57,006 nucleotides of DNA. Origin: Octopus bimaculoides. Lineage: Eukaryota. A model generated the notes under the pieces. It was not told where the DNA came from and ran no database searches. It worked only from the letters and a program-made list of their open reading frames with translations. Positions 53,065 to 57,006 of the stretch are shown piece by piece (the first letter of the stretch is position 1; every line of letters begins with the position of its first letter). The translations under genes and the position numbers were made by a program. Location: assembly GCF_001194135.2 (NCBI RefSeq), contig NC_068987.1:16604055-16661060 (forward strand), read 5' to 3'.

Positions 53065-53232
53065 GTATGTGCAATGGACCTCTTTCTGTTTCCATCAACC
53101 AAATACATTCGCAAAGCTTCAGTTGGCTCGAGTCTATAGTTGAAATACTGATCCAAGATGCCACGCAGGGGGACTGAGCTCGGAGCCATGTAGTTGAGAA
53201 GCAAATTTCTTACCACACAGCAACGCCTGCTC

Positions 53233-53235
<3 letters not shown>
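53065..53235 (-). mobile_element. SINE family B, 5' half
   Basis: CCAAGATGCCACGCAGGGGGACTGAGCTCGGAGCCATGTAGTTG...ACCACACAGC. Confidence 0.8.
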
Positions 53236-53269
<34 letters not shown>

Positions 53270-53964
53270 AATACAAATATGCATGTAATATACACACAGA
53301 CATACACACACACATGCACACACACACGCGCGCACACGCACGTGTACACACATACACACACTAACAGACACACTTATACGTATGTATATGTTTTATGTAC
53401 TGACTTGAGAAGTGAAGCTTTTGATTTAATACGGTTCTTTAACGCTAAGGTTACTAAACACAGGATTACAAAACTAAAAACTAAGAATATATAAAATATA
53501 TAAAATCCGTGATAATTTTTTGTATTCTACATGAGAACATTTATCAATATTTGCTCTGATTTGTTTATCAATATCCTCAATACATTCTTTTCCTACATAT
53601 ACACACCCAACATCTGTCGTTACTACCAAAACCTGTTGTTGTTCGCCGTCGACTAAACCACTTCAAGTAAGACTGCAGCTGAACTGTGTTATATTTTAGT
53701 CAATTTCTTACATCTGACATCACAGTGTTTCCTGTCACTATAAATTTCTTCAAAGCGCATGCGTTCGTAATTGATTGAACTACTTAGATACTGAGAATTC
53801 AAATAAAATATGTACATTCAAATGGGTTTTTCTTTTAAAGTAAAAATGTTTTTATGAAAATAAAATCTATGGTGTTGTTACTTTGAGCATATCCAATTTT
53901 TGCTTTAATCTCTTAGGAAAAAAACAGAAAATGTCATTCTGCGACAATTGTTTCTAACGCAGGC

Positions 53965-54165
53965 TCAAGCACAATGTTTCAAATTTGGAAGAGTTGGGGG
54001 AATATTTGGTTATATTGACCCCAGTACTTTATTAGTATTTTATTTTAACGATCTTAGAAGGATGAAAAGCAAAGTTGCCCCTGCAAGATTTGAATGTAGA
54101 ACGTAAAGGGCAGGAATAAATACTGCACTGCAAAGCATTTAGTCCAACATTGTAACAATTCTAAA
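53965..54165 (-). mobile_element. SINE family A (left member of an inverted pair)
   Basis: GACCCCAGTAC...AAGGATGAAAAGCAAAGTTG...TTTGAATGTAGAACGTAAAG. Confidence 0.75.
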
Positions 54166-54189
54166 CGATAGTTTTTAATATAAGCTCAA

Positions 54190-54395
54190 GGCAAAGTGTA
54201 GAGCTGACAGAATCTTTAGCGCCGGGCAAAATGCTCAGCGGTATTTCGCCAGTCTTTGCGTTGAGTTCAAATGCCGACGGGGTCGAATTTGCGTTTAGGG
54301 GGTCGATAAAATAAGTAACTTTCGAACATTGGAGTCGATGCAATTTACTTTCCTCTTCCCCAAACTTGCTAACCTTGTGCCAAAATTTGAAATCA
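54190..54395 (+). mobile_element. SINE family A (right member of an inverted pair)
   Basis: GAGCTGACAGAATC...GCCGGGCAAAATGCTCAGCGGTATTTCG...GAGTTCAAATGCCG...GGGGTCGATAAAATAAGTA. Confidence 0.85.
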
Positions 54396-54759
54396 ATATT
54401 GGTATTGAAAGCATAGTGGTAAGCTTCAAAGAACTACATAGAATAGAATTAGATGCTAAGTATTGCATTTAAAAAATTTCCTCTTTCATGGTTTCCCCTG
54501 TGGTTTAAGTTGCCGCTCATGAATTGATGTTTGATAAAAATAAATGTGGTACAATTAATATATTTGGGCTGTACGAATAGACTATACTAGATTGAATAAG
54601 TTCAGTAAGCTCGTATGAGGCGTGACTGTGTGATAAGAAGTTTAGTTCCAAACCATATGGTTCCGGATTCAGCCCCCACTGCGTGGCACCTTGGTTGAGT
54701 GTCTTCTACTATAGCCTCAAACCGACCATAGCCTTGTAAGTGAATTTGGATGATGGAAA

Positions 54760-54881
54760 CTGGTGTCTACAAGGTTGGGTACACAGAGTAAATAAAATTA
54801 AAACATAAACAATTAAATATAAGAAACAATAATTTCTTTGAGTATGTGTTAATCCCCAAATACCCAGACTTTGTGGACACC

Positions 54882-54886
<5 letters not shown>
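54760..54886. mobile_element. Tc1/mariner-like MITE, about 125 bp
   Basis: Right TIR TACCCAGACTTTGTGGACACCCTG|TA. The left end GGTGTCTACAAGGTTGGGTA approximates its reverse complement GGGTGTCCACAAAGTCTGGGTA. Confidence 0.7.
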
Positions 54887-54934
<48 letters not shown>

Positions 54935-54970
54935 AATTTAAGGATTGGAGAAAACGCATGTTATAATTGC

Positions 54971-55067
54971 ATACTTTATTCCTACATATGTTTCAAAGGA
55001 TTACAACCTGTGTGATCCTTAGGGATCTTTGATATTAAAATTGTAACCTTCTCATCAGGGAAAGCAT
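54971..55067 (-). ncRNA. Minimal type-I hammerhead ribozyme (Penelope-like element / retrozyme type)
   Basis: Minus strand AUGCUUUCC-CUGAUGA-GAAGGUUACAA...UUGUAAUCCUUU-GAAA-C-AUAU-G-UA-GGAAUAAAGUAU. Full core, 11-bp stem II with one bulge, 2-bp stem III with palindromic AUAU loop, GUA cleavage triplet. Confidence 0.75.
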
Positions 55068-56439
55068 GGGAATCATCTTAAACGTAAGACATTATGACCG
55101 ATTATGAAAACAAGTGCCTTTGAATCTGTGTTTGTCTCCTATTACCGCTTCACAATGGGTGTTGGTGCAGTCACGTCCTCGTAACGTAGCGGTTCGGCAA
55201 TAGGTATCGATAAAATAAGTACTAAACTTTAAAGAACAAAAGTACTGAGGTGGTGTCCCAGCATGGCCACAGTTTAATGACTGAAAGAAGTAAAAGACAA
55301 AAAAAAATATGGATGGTTGTTGGTGTCCTCAAAATAGATCAGTGATATGAAATAGTTTCAAGTCTTGATCAGAACATCTGTTCCTTTCCCATAGTCCTTT
55401 GTGAATTAGAGTCGCAATCTACTATGGTCTTTACTCTTTATGACAGTGGCTGGTGTTTTGAGAATGATTTGGTAGCCATTGTTAGAAGATCGCTTGACTG
55501 CGTAGAACGCACTCATGACAAAACGAATCAATATTGTTTAGAGTGACGTAACAAAGTTAATGGCACCGTGAAGCACAAGATTTTGGGGGTATTATATAAA
55601 TCAGTGTAACTGTGAAAAGTTATATTGACCAGTATAAACCGCACACGCGGTATAACGCTTCCATTAAAATGTAGTACATAAAAATAATACTCGACGAAAA
55701 GATCAATATTATAGAAATAAACTCATACTAAATCAGGAATTTGCATTTATAGCGATAAACTAAGCACTTCTGGCTGTTGTTACAGATGCTGCTCTTGTAA
55801 TATAATCTAACCTTGTTCATAACTGATTCAGTCATCACTGATCCTTGATGACATGTTACGCTTCAATGTTACGTGTTACGCTTATCGGGTATTGATCTGT
55901 GATAACATGGTTCTTGGTTTAAGATTATTCTTGCTTGAACTGTAAAAATGCGGCCCAAACACCATTCACAATACTCAGGACAACTTGGGGTCCGGGAACG
56001 AACCTATTGTTCCTATATGTTCTATTATTTATTTATCGCCGATTCATTTAACGCGGTTTTTATTTGCAACTCCCCGTGATAAACGAAAATAGATGTACTT
56101 GATAGCTAGCTAACTGACCATCACTGTCATGCTTGTTACGGCTACCAATACCACGTTTACAGCTAAAAATATTGTGACCAGTGGTAGTTTTTGATATGGC
56201 AAGTGGTACTTAACAGTCTGGTACTACGTCTCTTGGGAGTATCTTCTGACCATATCAAGCTGGGCTGGGTTGGGCTGCATGCCCGGTGTCATCCTTTTAA
56301 CAAGTCCAATTGATACACTAGTCTACGATACGTCTTTTCTGAATAGCGAAACTCGTTAGCATAACATCGGTTCGAGTTGCTGATCGGTCCAGATGACAAT
56401 GAAGCAAGCACATTTGTTGACGAAATAAGCGCACTAACT

Positions 56440-56600
56440 GTCATGTATGGTGACACCAATGCACCTTAGAGGTCGAATGAACTTTTGCGCCAGCTGATTG
56501 GTTCGAAAGGTGATGACGTACGTATGTCTATTGACCCTTACTTATCTGCGATTGGATCGTCGTTAACAAAACCGCAGAACTACGTTTGATTGACATAGAT
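56440..56600. promoter_or_regulatory. Possible promoter-like motif cluster (CCAAT boxes, CRE-like, E2F-like)
   Basis: CCAAT 56456-56460, CTGATTGGTT 56494-56503, GATTGG 56550-56555, TGACGTA 56514-56520, TTTTGCGCC just before 56494. Locally CpG-richer. Confidence 0.3.
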
Positions 56601-56705
56601 ATAGCAACATGAGGTATTTGTAACAAGATAAACTGGGGTTGTGTGAAATAACAAACGCAATTATTCATCCTGATGTGCATCCATTTTAATATTTCATTTC
56701 ACACA

Positions 56706-56900
56706 AAGGCGGTGAAATGGCAGAATCGTTGACACGCCGGAAAAAATACTTAGAAGTATTTCGTCCGTCTTTACATTCTGAGTTCAATTTCTGCCGATAT
56801 TGACTTGGCGTTTCATCTCTCTTGGGCAGACAGTATAAGTATCAGTTGAGCAGTTGGGTTAATGTAAACGATTAGTCTCCTCACACTAAATTGTTAGCCT
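56706..56900 (+). mobile_element. SINE family A
   Basis: GGCGGTGAAATGGCAGAATCGTTGACACGCCGG...TTCTGAGTTCAATTTCTGCCG. Confidence 0.8.
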
Positions 56901-56944
56901 AAGAGATTTCGCGGAGAGAAAAAGAAAGAGAGAAAATGGATAGA

Positions 56945-56949
<5 letters not shown>

Positions 56950-57006
<57 letters not shown>
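56950..57006. repeat. (GA)n microsatellite
   Basis: Read directly. Confidence 0.98.

Larger units (their letters stand above)
54615..55290 (+). mobile_element. SINE family B split in two (5' half 54615-54760, 3' half about 55120-55290) by nested insertions
   Basis: The 5' half ends GGAAACTG where the linker normally starts. The 3' half starts at TGTGTTTGTCTCC...CGTAACGTAGCGGTTCGGC and ends CCAGCATGGCCACAG...GTAAAAG. Confidence 0.7.

Overview
Eukaryotic, AT-rich, repeat-dense non-coding DNA with 7 N-gaps, each flanked on at least one side by simple repeats. The SINE families and compound microsatellites look like an octopus (coleoid cephalopod) short-read assembly; this is inferred from recognised repeat sequence, not from a search. 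No host protein-coding exon can be supported, and nearly all ORFs in the track are microsatellite, gap or repeat artefacts. The recognisable protein-coding remnants are transposon relics: a mariner transposase (36.5-37.2 kb), an RTE-clade LINE 3' end (48.2-48.9 kb) and RTE C-termini in two short 5'UTR+3'end derivatives. Best observations: (1) a minimal type-I hammerhead ribozyme with an intact core, minus strand 54971-55067, Penelope/retrozyme style; (2) a decayed 120-bp tandem pair of hammerhead-like motifs at 18.4-18.6 kb; (3) a textbook recursive-splice-site motif (branch point, pyrimidine tract, CAG|GTGAGT) on the minus strand at 22641/22642; (4) the internal microsatellite of one SINE family apparently acting as a landing pad for TA-targeting elements; (5) a three-unit SINE composite bounded by one 15-bp TSD. 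Repeat boundaries were set by eye and are approximate (about +/-10-30 bp) unless motif coordinates are given.
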